Of a DNA stretch of 64,000 bases, positions 19,830 to 29,043 are shown one piece after another. A model generated the notes under the pieces. The model was not told the origin of the DNA. It did not search any database and worked only from the letters and a program-made list of their open reading frames with translations. How positions within the stretch are numbered: position 1 is the stretch's first letter; every line of letters begins with the position of its first letter. This stretch comes from an uncultured Alphaproteobacteria bacterium. GTDB lineage: Bacteria > Pseudomonadota > Alphaproteobacteria > RF32 > CAG-239. A program made the position numbers and the translations under genes. Where the stretch lies: positions 10,945-74,944 of the forward strand of contig CALXPO010000009.1 of NCBI GenBank assembly GCA_944390315.1. Direction: 5' to 3'.

Positions 19830-20509
19830 TGCAAAAATTAGATGTAAACAAGTTAAAAGTTGCGGTATTTGATTGGGACGGAACTTTGGCGCAAACACGA
19901 ACACCGCGATTGTGGGCGGTTAATCAAATTATGCCCCGCTACGGATTGCCCGACTGGGAACAAACCAAAGATAAACAAGATAAATATTTATCGTTTATGG
20001 ACAATTTTGCATTGGTGTTCGGAAAAGATAAAGCTCAGGAAGCCTATCGTCAATATTGCGAAATTTATCTGCAAAATGTGGCGCGAATGATAACTTTGTT
20101 TGCCGGAGTTAAAGAATGTCTGAGTTGGCTCAAACAAAAAAATGTCAAACTGGCGGTTATGACCAACAAAGACAGAAAATTACTCGACTTCGAATTGCCT
20201 TTGTTGCTTTCTCCCGAGCTTTTTGACAATATTGTCTGCGGACACGAGGCAAAACAAGATAAACCAAGCGGAGAACATGCTCTTGCCGCTCTCAACGGCC
20301 TGATAAATCGAAACGAGATTTCTCCCGAAAGTGTGTGGATTGTCGGAGACAGCTTGCTTGACAATCTTTGTGCGTTGGCAGTTCACGCCTGTCCGATAAG
20401 AATTGTCGGTCAAGCCCCGAGAATTGAAAAAGCAGCCGACGAAGAAGTCATCTATTTTGACAGCTTTAACGATTTTTACCAAACGATAAAAGCGGAGGAC
20501 AAACTTTGA
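19830..20509 (+). CDS. HAD-superfamily hydrolase (phosphatase)
   Basis: Motif I VAVFDWDGTLAQT. Motif IV GDSLLD. I place the start at ATG 19830 (MQKLDV…). The upstream part of the ORF-track call overlaps the opposite-strand gene and has no HAD content. Confidence 0.7.
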
Positions 20510-22050
20510 AACAAGAAACGGATGACAAAAAAGCTCTTATTCGACGCTTTATATTGATTGCGGTTGCGGTTATATTGTTAGGTGTGCTGAATTATGCTTA
20601 TTTCAAAAAGCAAATTTCTTCTAACAATGAAAAAATAACCGATTATGTAAAGGAAGAAGACCCGATGGAAAAATACCGTGATCCCGCCGTTGCCGGCATA
20701 TTTTATGCAGACAGTCCCAGCGAACTTTCCCATGAAGTTGATGGCTATCTGAATATGTTTAAAAACGGAAACAGACAAAAACCGAAAATTTTGATAGTTC
20801 CGCATGCCGGTTATCAATACAGCGGTTATGCTGCCGCCAAGGCCTATCGCGGACTTGAAAAATATGCCGATAAAATTAAAAACGTTATTTTGCTCGGACC
20901 GTCGCATCGTACGGCTCTCTACGGAATAGCCGTTTCCACGGCGGATTACTTTACAACGCCGCTCGGAAAAATTGCGCTAAATAAAGAAATTAATTCAGAG
21001 CTGGTTGAACATCGAGGTTTTGCCTATAATGACCGTGCTCACAAAGATGAGCATTCGCTTGAAGTGCAGTTACCGTTCCTGCAAAAAGTTTTGTCCGATT
21101 TCAAAATTATACCGCTCGTTTACGGAGAAATAAATCCACAAGACGTGGCCGAAGTTTTGCAGCCTTATTTGCAAAATGAGGATACGTTGTTGGTTGTATC
21201 GGCTGATTTGTCACACTATTATCCTTATGATGAGGCGAGAATAATTGATGCCGAAACCGCACAGAAAATTGAAGATACCAGCGCTGATATTGATTATCAT
21301 CATTCTTGCGGTGCCGGAGGAATCAACAGTGCTTTAATATTATCGGAAATTATGCGTCTTAAACCTGAAACTTTGGCTTTGATAAATTCGGGTGACAGTT
21401 CCGGAGCCAAAGACAAAGTTGTCGGCTACGGAGCCTGGACTTTTGCCGAAAGCAATTTGGAGCGGCAAAGGGATGCTCTGAGAGAATTTACAAAAGAATA
21501 TAGAGATGAGTTGTTGCGTTTGGCCAGAACATCTTTGGAAGAGGCCGTACTTCACCAACGAAAATACGAACCTTCACGCGATGATTTTTCCGAAGTTTTG
21601 TTTAATAAAGGTGCCACTTTTGTGACTTTGACCGAAGAAAATAATTTGCGAGGGTGCATCGGAACACTGTTGCCGCGGGAAGCCGTTGCGGCGGATATTG
21701 CTCAAAATGCTTATGCGGCGGCATTAAACGACCGTCGGTTTAATCCGGTGACGGTCGAAGAACTGGATAAAATCAAGATTTCGATATCATTTTTGACCGG
21801 ATATGAACGTATGATTTATCAAGATGAAGAAGATTTGTTAAAGATGATTGAAGCCGGTACGGACGGTATGGTTATTCGCGACGGCAACAGGCAGGGATTG
21901 TTTTTGCCTTCGGTATGGGAGCAAATTCCCGATAAAAAAGAATTTTTACAAAATCTCAAGCTCAAAGCAGGTATGAGCCCGAGTTATTGGTCAAACAGCA
22001 TTAAAGTTTATCGTTTCAGAACCGTGGAGATAAAGGAAAATGAAAATTAA
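20506..22050 (+). CDS. Fused MEMO1-like (AmmeMemoRadiSam protein B) + AMMECR1 (protein A) domains
   Basis: N-terminal half has Memo motifs (RDPAVAGIFYAD, ILIVPHAGYQYSGYAAA, GPSHR, SADLSHYYP). C-terminal half is an AMMECR1 domain (GATFVTLTEENNLRGCIGTL…). A TTG start at 20506 gives an N-terminal TM-like segment. The alternative ATG start (MEKYRDPAVAG) is near 20665. Confidence 0.7.
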   Translation: MKQETDDKKALIRRFILIAVAVILLGVLNYAYFKKQISSNNEKITDYVKEEDPMEKYRDPAVAGIFYADSPSELSHEVDGYLNMFKNGNRQKPKILIVPHAGYQYSGYAAAKAYRGLEKYADKIKNVILLGPSHRTALYGIAVSTADYFTTPLGKIALNKEINSELVEHRGFAYNDRAHKDEHSLEVQLPFLQKVLSDFKIIPLVYGEINPQDVAEVLQPYLQNEDTLLVVSADLSHYYPYDEARIIDAETAQKIEDTSADIDYHHSCGAGGINSALILSEIMRLKPETLALINSGDSSGAKDKVVGYGAWTFAESNLERQRDALREFTKEYRDELLRLARTSLEEAVLHQRKYEPSRDDFSEVLFNKGATFVTLTEENNLRGCIGTLLPREAVAADIAQNAYAAALNDRRFNPVTVEELDKIKISISFLTGYERMIYQDEEDLLKMIEAGTDGMVIRDGNRQGLFLPSVWEQIPDKKEFLQNLKLKAGMSPSYWSNSIKVYRFRTVEIKENEN

Positions 22051-23755
22051 CGGATACGAGATTAAATATAGTGAACAGGATTTGGAAAATAAAATTAACA
22101 ATCAGACTTTGGAAATAAAGCTGATAACGCCTGAATTTGAGGGATATAAAAGTTTAAGCGAAGGCAATCAAAAAGCCTTGAAACATTTGGTTGCCGCTGC
22201 CAAAATAATAAATGACGTGAGTTTGGAGCAAGACCATCCGCACAACCTTGCGCAAAAACAAGCTCTGGAAGCCGCCGCGTCCGACAATAATCAGGCCAAA
22301 TTGGCTTTGATGTTGTTTAACAGTTTGAACGGTTTGGCCGGTTATAACGGAATTGATAAAGAACCGATTGAAATTTTTGAGGGTTTGCATTTGTTGCCGG
22401 GACATAATTTTTATCCTGAAGATTTATCAACTGATGAGTTATGCCGCATTTTGAAAAAAATGTTGGCGGAAGGTAAAATCAAGCAGGTAAGTGATATTTT
22501 GAGTGCCCGTACGATGGTCAGAAAAAAAGGTAATGAGCTTGAGGGGATAGATTATACCGAATATTTCGAAAAAGAATTTTCGGCTGTTGCCAACGAATTG
22601 GAAGTTGCGGCGCACTATTGCGATGACGAGGCTTTCAAGGATTATCTCGGCTGGCAGGCGCAAGCCCTTATTCAAAACAATCCCGATATGGATATGTTGG
22701 CCGACAAACATTGGGCTGTTCTGCAAGATTGCCCGTTGGAATTTACACTCAGCCGCGAGAATTATGATGATGAAATTACACCTTCGGTTTATAATGACGC
22801 AGAATTGAAAGCCTTATTGGAAAAGAACGGTATCGAAGCCGTATCCAAAGATATGCTCGGTGCCAGAGTCGGAATTGTGAACAAAGCCGGTACCGATTTA
22901 ATTTTACAATTCAAAAAACATATTCCCGAATTGGCGCATAAAATGCCTTATGCCGACCGCTATCACCAAAGTATTTTGGACGGAGAAGAACTCAAACAGA
23001 CGATGGTTGATGTCGATTTGGCGGATTTGGAAGGAGATTATGCTCAATGCCGCGGCGGAATTACCACGGCACAGAATTTGCCCAATAATGATAAGTTGGC
23101 GGTAAAGACCGGTGGCGGTCGTCGTAATGTCTATCATCGCCAGGTCAGACAATGTGTGGACAAAGAAAAAGAAAGAAAAATGCTCGAGATGTTGGTTGCG
23201 CCCGAATTGCATCAATATTTTGATAATGAGGCCGATCATTTGTTTGTCATCGGTCACGAAAACGGACATTCTCTCGGTCCTGACAGTAGTTATCAAAACG
23301 CTTTGGGAAACTATAAGCATATTCTTGAGGAACACAAAGCCGATACTATTTCTTTGACATTTATGTCCGACTATGTCAAAGCCGGTGTCATTGACGCAAA
23401 AACCTTGAAGAAAGTCTATGTCAGTTACATTTGCGGACGGATGTTTTTGATTGCGCGTCCGCATATGATGCTGCCGCATCGTATGGGCGAGCTGATACAA
23501 TTCAACTATTTGCGTGAAAAGGGAGTTATCAAAGAAAATGCGGCAGGAAAAGTCGAAATTGACTTGGAAAACATGCAAACGGCCTTAAATCAACTGTTGC
23601 AGGAAACGATTGAAGTTCAATTGTCAAAATCGCCCGAAAAAGCTGCCGCTTTTGTGGAAAAGTACAGCCAATGGTCCGAACTTTCGCAGAAAATTGCGTC
23701 CGTACGCCAAAAACTCGGGGTTAAACCTTATAAACGAATTGTCAGAAGTTTTTAA
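22040..23755 (+). CDS. Putative zinc metallopeptidase, DPP III (M49)-like
   Basis: HEXXGH-type motif GHENGHSLGP followed by EEHKAD, resembling the M49 second zinc-ligand motif EEXR/KAE/D. 571 aa. 11-nt overlap with the upstream gene. Family assignment is tentative. Confidence 0.4.
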   Translation: MKINGYEIKYSEQDLENKINNQTLEIKLITPEFEGYKSLSEGNQKALKHLVAAAKIINDVSLEQDHPHNLAQKQALEAAASDNNQAKLALMLFNSLNGLAGYNGIDKEPIEIFEGLHLLPGHNFYPEDLSTDELCRILKKMLAEGKIKQVSDILSARTMVRKKGNELEGIDYTEYFEKEFSAVANELEVAAHYCDDEAFKDYLGWQAQALIQNNPDMDMLADKHWAVLQDCPLEFTLSRENYDDEITPSVYNDAELKALLEKNGIEAVSKDMLGARVGIVNKAGTDLILQFKKHIPELAHKMPYADRYHQSILDGEELKQTMVDVDLADLEGDYAQCRGGITTAQNLPNNDKLAVKTGGGRRNVYHRQVRQCVDKEKERKMLEMLVAPELHQYFDNEADHLFVIGHENGHSLGPDSSYQNALGNYKHILEEHKADTISLTFMSDYVKAGVIDAKTLKKVYVSYICGRMFLIARPHMMLPHRMGELIQFNYLREKGVIKENAAGKVEIDLENMQTALNQLLQETIEVQLSKSPEKAAAFVEKYSQWSELSQKIASVRQKLGVKPYKRIVRSF

Positions 23756-23838
23756 TTTAAGGACAACTGATAAAAATCGCTTGCACAAAGGAGCTCTTTG
23801 TCTCATTATAGATGACATTGAAAACAGAGGGTAAAGCT

Positions 23839-24207
23839 ATGTTTAAAAAACTTATTGATGGTGAACTCAGCTTAAAAGATACGTTCTGGAAATTCGGCGT
23901 ATTAGGCTTGTTGGTCGTCCATTTGTTCGTCAAAATATTCGGCACGATGTTATATAATAAGTTGCGCGGATTGACTATTTTAGCTTACTATACTACACGC
24001 AAATACGGTCTTGAAACTTCAACCGTAATTTTGACAATTTTATATTTCAGCTCCTTGTGCTTTTTGCTTTTTTATTCAGGTTCAATGATTATCGGTACTT
24101 GGAGAAGTTCGGCCGAATATAACCGCAGTTTGTGGCTGAGACATTTGGCACGAATATTTATGATTGTACTTGTCATTTGTATACTCAAACATGACCTTAA
24201 TCTGTAA
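23839..24207 (+). CDS. Small 3-4 TM membrane protein, unknown function
   Basis: Start at MFKKLIDGELSL with an AGAGGG RBS. Hydrophobic segments follow. Confidence 0.45.
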   Translation: MFKKLIDGELSLKDTFWKFGVLGLLVVHLFVKIFGTMLYNKLRGLTILAYYTTRKYGLETSTVILTILYFSSLCFLLFYSGSMIIGTWRSSAEYNRSLWLRHLARIFMIVLVICILKHDLNL

Positions 24208-24218
24208 AGGAAAAACAA

Positions 24219-24376
24219 TGAAAAAAATTATGACTTTAGTTATACTGTTGGTTTTAAGCGGATGCGTAGCCGGAGAATTTACGCCCGAACGTAATCGTCT
24301 GCACGACATGAACAGTGATAGAGATATTTGCTCCAGAGAACCGGAACGTTGCATCAGCGGTGTTGCCGTTAAATAG
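24219..24376 (+). CDS. Small (52 aa) lipoprotein
   Basis: MKKIMTLVILLVLSGCVAG: lipobox LSGC. AAGGAAA RBS. Sits immediately upstream of dnaE. Confidence 0.5.
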
Positions 24377-24389
24377 TTTTTAAAAGGGA

Positions 24390-27300
24390 TTGAATATGGA
24401 ACCGCAGTTTGTTCATTTAAGAGTACATTCGGCTTATTCGCTCTTGGAAGGAGCAATGAAAGTGCCGGCCTTGATGAGCAGAGCGGCGGCAATGGGTTTT
24501 CCGGCAATAGCCATTACGGATACTAACAATATGTTCGGAGCCAAAGCCTTTTCTGACTATGCTCCCAAAAACGGAATCAAACCGATTTTGGGAACGCAAA
24601 TGTATATTCGCAATACCGATGCCGATGATGTCTTAAAATCAAAAGGAAAAATCATTGAACCGGATAAGATTATTCTGTTGGTTAAAAACGAGCAAGGTTA
24701 TGCCAATATTACCAAAATGATGAAAATCGCTTATTTGGGCGAAAAGGGCTTTGGTGAAAAACCGCAAATTAAACTGGAAGATTTACAGGCGCACAGCGAC
24801 GGACTGATTGTTTTGACGGCAGGTGTCGACGGCACCGTCGGTCGATTGCTTTTGGAGGGAAGAACCGATGAGGCAGAGGCCTTTTTGCTCAAACTCAAAG
24901 AAATTTTCGGCGACCGTCTGTATATGGAAATTTCGCGCATCGGAACCGAAAAAGAAGCCAAAACCGAAAATACGTTTATTGATTGGGCATATAAACACAA
25001 TATTCCGCTGGTGGCGACCAACGAAGCCTTCTTCTTTGATGCCGATATGTATGAGGCGCACGATGCTTTGGTTTGTATTGCCAAAGGTGAATATGTGGCC
25101 AACGAAAATCGAGAAAAATACTCCCCTAACCAACGTTTAAAAACAGCTGCCGAAATGGTTGCTTTGTTTGCCGATTTGCCCGAAGCCGTGGCCAATACGG
25201 TCAATATTGCCAAGCGCTGCAATTATGTATTGGAATATGTTGCACCTTTGCTGCCGATTTTTGAATGTCCTGGCGGCAAGACACAAAATGAATATTTGCG
25301 TGAAGAGGCAACCAAAGGCTTGCAAAAAAAGTTAGAAGCGCATGTTTATTTTGAAGGAATGACGGCAGAAGAAAAAGCGGATATAGATAAGCGTTATTTT
25401 GCCCGCTTGGAATATGAAATCAGCGTTATCGAAAAAATGGGCTTTGCCGGCTATTTCTTAATTGTGTCAGACTTTATTCGCTGGTCGAAGAGTCATGGTG
25501 TACCGGTTGGTCCGGGGCGTGGTTCAGGAGCCGGTTCAATGGTGGCATGGTCGTTGCAAATTACTGAGCTTGACCCTCTTAAACTTGATTTGTTATTTGA
25601 ACGTTTCTTAAACCCCGAACGTATTAATATGCCTGACTTTGACGTCGACTTCTGTCAGGAAAATCGTTATAAGACGATTGAATATGTGCAAAATAAATAC
25701 GGCTTTGATCATGTAGCGCAAATTATTACTTACGGAAAGTTACAGTCTAAAGCGGTTATTCGCGATGTTGCCCGCGTTTTGCAAATGCCTTATTCTCAAG
25801 CTGACAAAATCAGCAAAATGATACCGGCTCCGGTGCAAGGTGTTCAACCGAGCTTAAAAGATTCGTTGGAACAAGTTCCCGAACTTGAGGAAATGCGTCA
25901 AAATGACCCGCAGGTCAATAAACTGTTTGATATCGCCATGAAGCTGGAAGGACTTTATCGTCATACCGGTGTCCACGCAGCCGGTGTGGTTATCGGCGAT
26001 CGTCCGCTTGATTTGCTCGTTCCTTTGTACAAAGATCCAAAAGCCGATATGCCCGTCACTCAGTATGATATGAAATATATTGAGTCTACCGGTTTGATTA
26101 AATTTGACTTTTTAGGCTTAAAAACACTGACGACCATCAAAAAAGCAGTAGATTTGATTAAGGCAAATCATGGTGTTGAACTGGATATGAGCTCGATTCC
26201 TCTGGACGATAAAGATACCTATGCTTTGTTGCAGCGCGGTGATACCGCCGGCGTATTCCAATTTGAATCGGCGGGCATGAAAGACGTACATAAACAAATC
26301 AAACCCGACCGTTTTGAAGATTTGATAGCTATTGTGTCGCTTTATCGTCCCGGACCTATGGACAATATTCCGAGTTACATTAAGAGAAAGCACGGCGAAG
26401 AAAAAATTACCTATCTGCATCCAAAGTTGGAGCCAATCTTAAAAGGTACCTACGGTATTATGATTTACCAAGAGCAAGTTATGAAGATTGCTCAGGAACT
26501 AGCGGGCTATACTTTGGGCGGTGCGGATAAACTCCGTAAAGCGATGGGTAAAAAGATTAAAGAAGAAATGGTCAAGCACCGCAGCATTTTTACCGAGGGT
26601 GCGGTAGAACGCGGAATAGACAGAGAAACGGCAACGGCAATTTTTGACCAAATGGAAAAATTTGCGTCTTATGGTTTTAATAAATCGCACGCGGCGGCTT
26701 ATTCGCTGATTTCTTATCAAACGGCTTACTTAAAAGCTCACTATCCGGTTGAGTTCATGAGTGCAACCATGACGCTCGATATTACCAATACGGATAAATT
26801 GCAGTTTTTTAAGGACGAATGCCGTAAAATGGGAATAGAAGTTTTGCCGCCGGACGTTAATAAATCAGGGCACGATTTTACGGTAGAAGACGGTAAAATA
26901 CGTTATGCCCTTACGGCAATTAAAGGTGTCGGTGAAGCTAATATGAAAGCTCTGGTCGCCGAACGTGAAGCAAGAGGAAAATTTAAGGATATTTCAGATT
27001 TTATTCATCGTATTGACATTAAACAAACAAACCGTAAGCAGTTGGAACAACTCATAAAATCTGGAGCTTTTGACAGCTTGGATAAGAATCGCGGACGTTT
27101 ATTTGCAAATATTGATACCATTATCCAGCATATAAGTTCGTCTTGCGAATTAAAAACAAGTAATCAGACATCGTTGTTCGGCAACGAAGAAATGCAAGCC
27201 AAAATTAAACTCAAAGACGCCCCTGATTGGGTTGAGTTGGAAAAACTAAAACTGGAAGCAGAAGCCATCGGATTTTATCTGTCGGCACATCCGCTTGATA

Positions 27301-27866
27301 GTTATCGCAATGGTATGGAAAAACTTGGAGTTAAGAGTTGCAGTGAAGTTTTTCGCAATATCCAGGTCGGCGATGTTATTCGAGCCAAGTTGGCCGGCTG
27401 TGTTAATGGATTTAAGAAAAAAATATCACAAAAAGGCAGTCGTTTTGCTTTTTTGGAATTGTCCGATGCATCGGGTTCTTTTGAAGGAATTGTTTTTTCG
27501 GAAACTCTGCAACGTAGTGAAGAAATGATAAATTCTGGTTTGCCGCTTTTGGCCAGTGTCACCATAGAAAGGCAAACGGAAGAAGGCAACCCCAGAGTTA
27601 TGATAAGCAACATCGAAACTTTGGATAAAGCCATTGCCGATGTCGCCAGTGCTATTATTATTAATATCAGTAATATTGCGGCGGTACGTCCGGTCAAAGA
27701 AATTCTCGCTCGGGATAAAAAAGGCCTAAATAAGGTTTATATAAAACCCGATAACGATGACTGGGATATAACGATTGAACTCCAAAACAGATATGCGTTT
27801 AGCAGCGGCAATATTATCTCGCAATTGAAGTCTGTTCCCGGAGTTTCATCAGTAAAGGAAATATAA
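24390..27866 (+). CDS. dnaE: DNA polymerase III subunit alpha
   Basis: 1158 aa. PHP domain N-terminus (FVHLRVHSAYSLLEGA). Polymerase core (GRGSGAGSMVAWSLQITELDP, PDFDVDF). OB-fold C-terminus. Confidence 0.95.
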   Translation: MNMEPQFVHLRVHSAYSLLEGAMKVPALMSRAAAMGFPAIAITDTNNMFGAKAFSDYAPKNGIKPILGTQMYIRNTDADDVLKSKGKIIEPDKIILLVKNEQGYANITKMMKIAYLGEKGFGEKPQIKLEDLQAHSDGLIVLTAGVDGTVGRLLLEGRTDEAEAFLLKLKEIFGDRLYMEISRIGTEKEAKTENTFIDWAYKHNIPLVATNEAFFFDADMYEAHDALVCIAKGEYVANENREKYSPNQRLKTAAEMVALFADLPEAVANTVNIAKRCNYVLEYVAPLLPIFECPGGKTQNEYLREEATKGLQKKLEAHVYFEGMTAEEKADIDKRYFARLEYEISVIEKMGFAGYFLIVSDFIRWSKSHGVPVGPGRGSGAGSMVAWSLQITELDPLKLDLLFERFLNPERINMPDFDVDFCQENRYKTIEYVQNKYGFDHVAQIITYGKLQSKAVIRDVARVLQMPYSQADKISKMIPAPVQGVQPSLKDSLEQVPELEEMRQNDPQVNKLFDIAMKLEGLYRHTGVHAAGVVIGDRPLDLLVPLYKDPKADMPVTQYDMKYIESTGLIKFDFLGLKTLTTIKKAVDLIKANHGVELDMSSIPLDDKDTYALLQRGDTAGVFQFESAGMKDVHKQIKPDRFEDLIAIVSLYRPGPMDNIPSYIKRKHGEEKITYLHPKLEPILKGTYGIMIYQEQVMKIAQELAGYTLGGADKLRKAMGKKIKEEMVKHRSIFTEGAVERGIDRETATAIFDQMEKFASYGFNKSHAAAYSLISYQTAYLKAHYPVEFMSATMTLDITNTDKLQFFKDECRKMGIEVLPPDVNKSGHDFTVEDGKIRYALTAIKGVGEANMKALVAEREARGKFKDISDFIHRIDIKQTNRKQLEQLIKSGAFDSLDKNRGRLFANIDTIIQHISSSCELKTSNQTSLFGNEEMQAKIKLKDAPDWVELEKLKLEAEAIGFYLSAHPLDSYRNGMEKLGVKSCSEVFRNIQVGDVIRAKLAGCVNGFKKKISQKGSRFAFLELSDASGSFEGIVFSETLQRSEEMINSGLPLLASVTIERQTEEGNPRVMISNIETLDKAIADVASAIIINISNIAAVRPVKEILARDKKGLNKVYIKPDNDDWDITIELQNRYAFSSGNIISQLKSVPGVSSVKEI

Positions 27867-27869
27867 GAG

Positions 27870-28745
27870 ATGAGCAAAATAGGTGAAAAAATAGCAGCAA
27901 AACTCAAAAGTGTCGGTAATGCCGAATTTTTGGATGATACAACGCAAAATCCGGTTAGTGTTCCTTTTTGGGAGTTGAGCTTTTTGCCGATAGGAATTTT
28001 GATATACAGATTTAAACAATTTTTAAAAATAGCATCTCTATATGCCGTTTTTATCAGCTTGTTGGCTTTTATATCGCAAACCAGTTATGTATGCGGTCTG
28101 TACAATAGTGAAAATGCCTTTTTGGGCTGTCAATATTCATTAGTCGGTTACATCATTTTCTTTTTGTTACGCTTATTAATAACGGCAATGTTTTTAAGAA
28201 TATGGTACAAAACGGCAGTTTGCGGCGGAACAATCAATTATCGGGAAATGTTTACACTAACCAAAACAGACTGGAAAATTTGGTGCGGCATGCTTATTGT
28301 TATTTTCTTTGTGTGCCTTCCGGCTATTTCAATGTATTTGTTGTTAGAACGCGTTCCCAACCCCGATTGGCGGATTGAAAGTCTGTTTTTTGCCATAGCA
28401 TCTTCCGGATTCTGGCTACCGTTCATTGGTTTAAGATATTCTGCGGTTTTTGCATTTGTGTTGAGTGAAGAAAAGCGCCCGAATTTAGGTATGTTTTGGC
28501 AAAGGACAACAGGAAATACTCTTAAGATAATAGTCTCGCTAACACTGATGGTTATTTTGAATGCAATTGTCTTTATGTATTTTGCGTCAGCGGCATCCTA
28601 TATGATAGAACATGTGTCCGTGTTTGGCGAAGTCATATCGGAATGGCTGTATAGCGTAATTTATTTATTGATGGCGGCTTCTTTTTGCAGTTTGGCAATT
28701 ATTCAAAAAGAGGCTTTATTCAGCTGGTATGCAGTAAACAAATAA
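27870..28745 (+). CDS. Polytopic membrane protein, unknown function
   Basis: 291 aa with about 6 hydrophobic segments. No recognisable motif. Followed by a terminator. Confidence 0.45.
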   Translation: MSKIGEKIAAKLKSVGNAEFLDDTTQNPVSVPFWELSFLPIGILIYRFKQFLKIASLYAVFISLLAFISQTSYVCGLYNSENAFLGCQYSLVGYIIFFLLRLLITAMFLRIWYKTAVCGGTINYREMFTLTKTDWKIWCGMLIVIFFVCLPAISMYLLLERVPNPDWRIESLFFAIASSGFWLPFIGLRYSAVFAFVLSEEKRPNLGMFWQRTTGNTLKIIVSLTLMVILNAIVFMYFASAASYMIEHVSVFGEVISEWLYSVIYLLMAASFCSLAIIQKEALFSWYAVNK

Positions 28746-28765
28746 TCTGACAACATACAGAGTTG

Positions 28766-28820
28766 CAAACTCGACCTTCAAGGCAATTCAAAGCCGTTTG
28801 GGGTCGAGTTTTTTATTTTT
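28766..28820 (+). terminator. Rho-independent terminator (compound hairpin)
   Basis: aaactcgacc…ggtcgagttttttatttttt: outer 9-bp stem enclosing an inner ccttcaagg hairpin, followed by a T-run. Confidence 0.55.
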
Positions 28821-29043
28821 TATTTGGTATTGGCTGAAAGTTTGAATTGTTGAAAAACAGAATTCAAATTTTTAAGCAGCAAAATATACAAAGCCATATA
28901 ATAGCCGCGCATAACATATAAACAATGTATCCTTTGTTTAGATATAATAATCTACCAGCAAAAGCGAGCCGAGCCATGATACAATTGTAATATTGTTTTT
29001 AGGTTGGTCTAACTATTCTTGCAAAAATTGATCCGAAGAATGA

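Noticed and set aside
24731-25222. 163-aa antisense ORF inside dnaE, and the many similar 60-160-aa antisense or off-frame ORFs inside valS, the ABC ATPase, glgP, the 1253-aa gene and the autotransporter
   Set aside because: They are embedded in well-supported long genes on the other strand or frame. Their composition is low-complexity and they lack RBSs. Treated as non-coding shadows.
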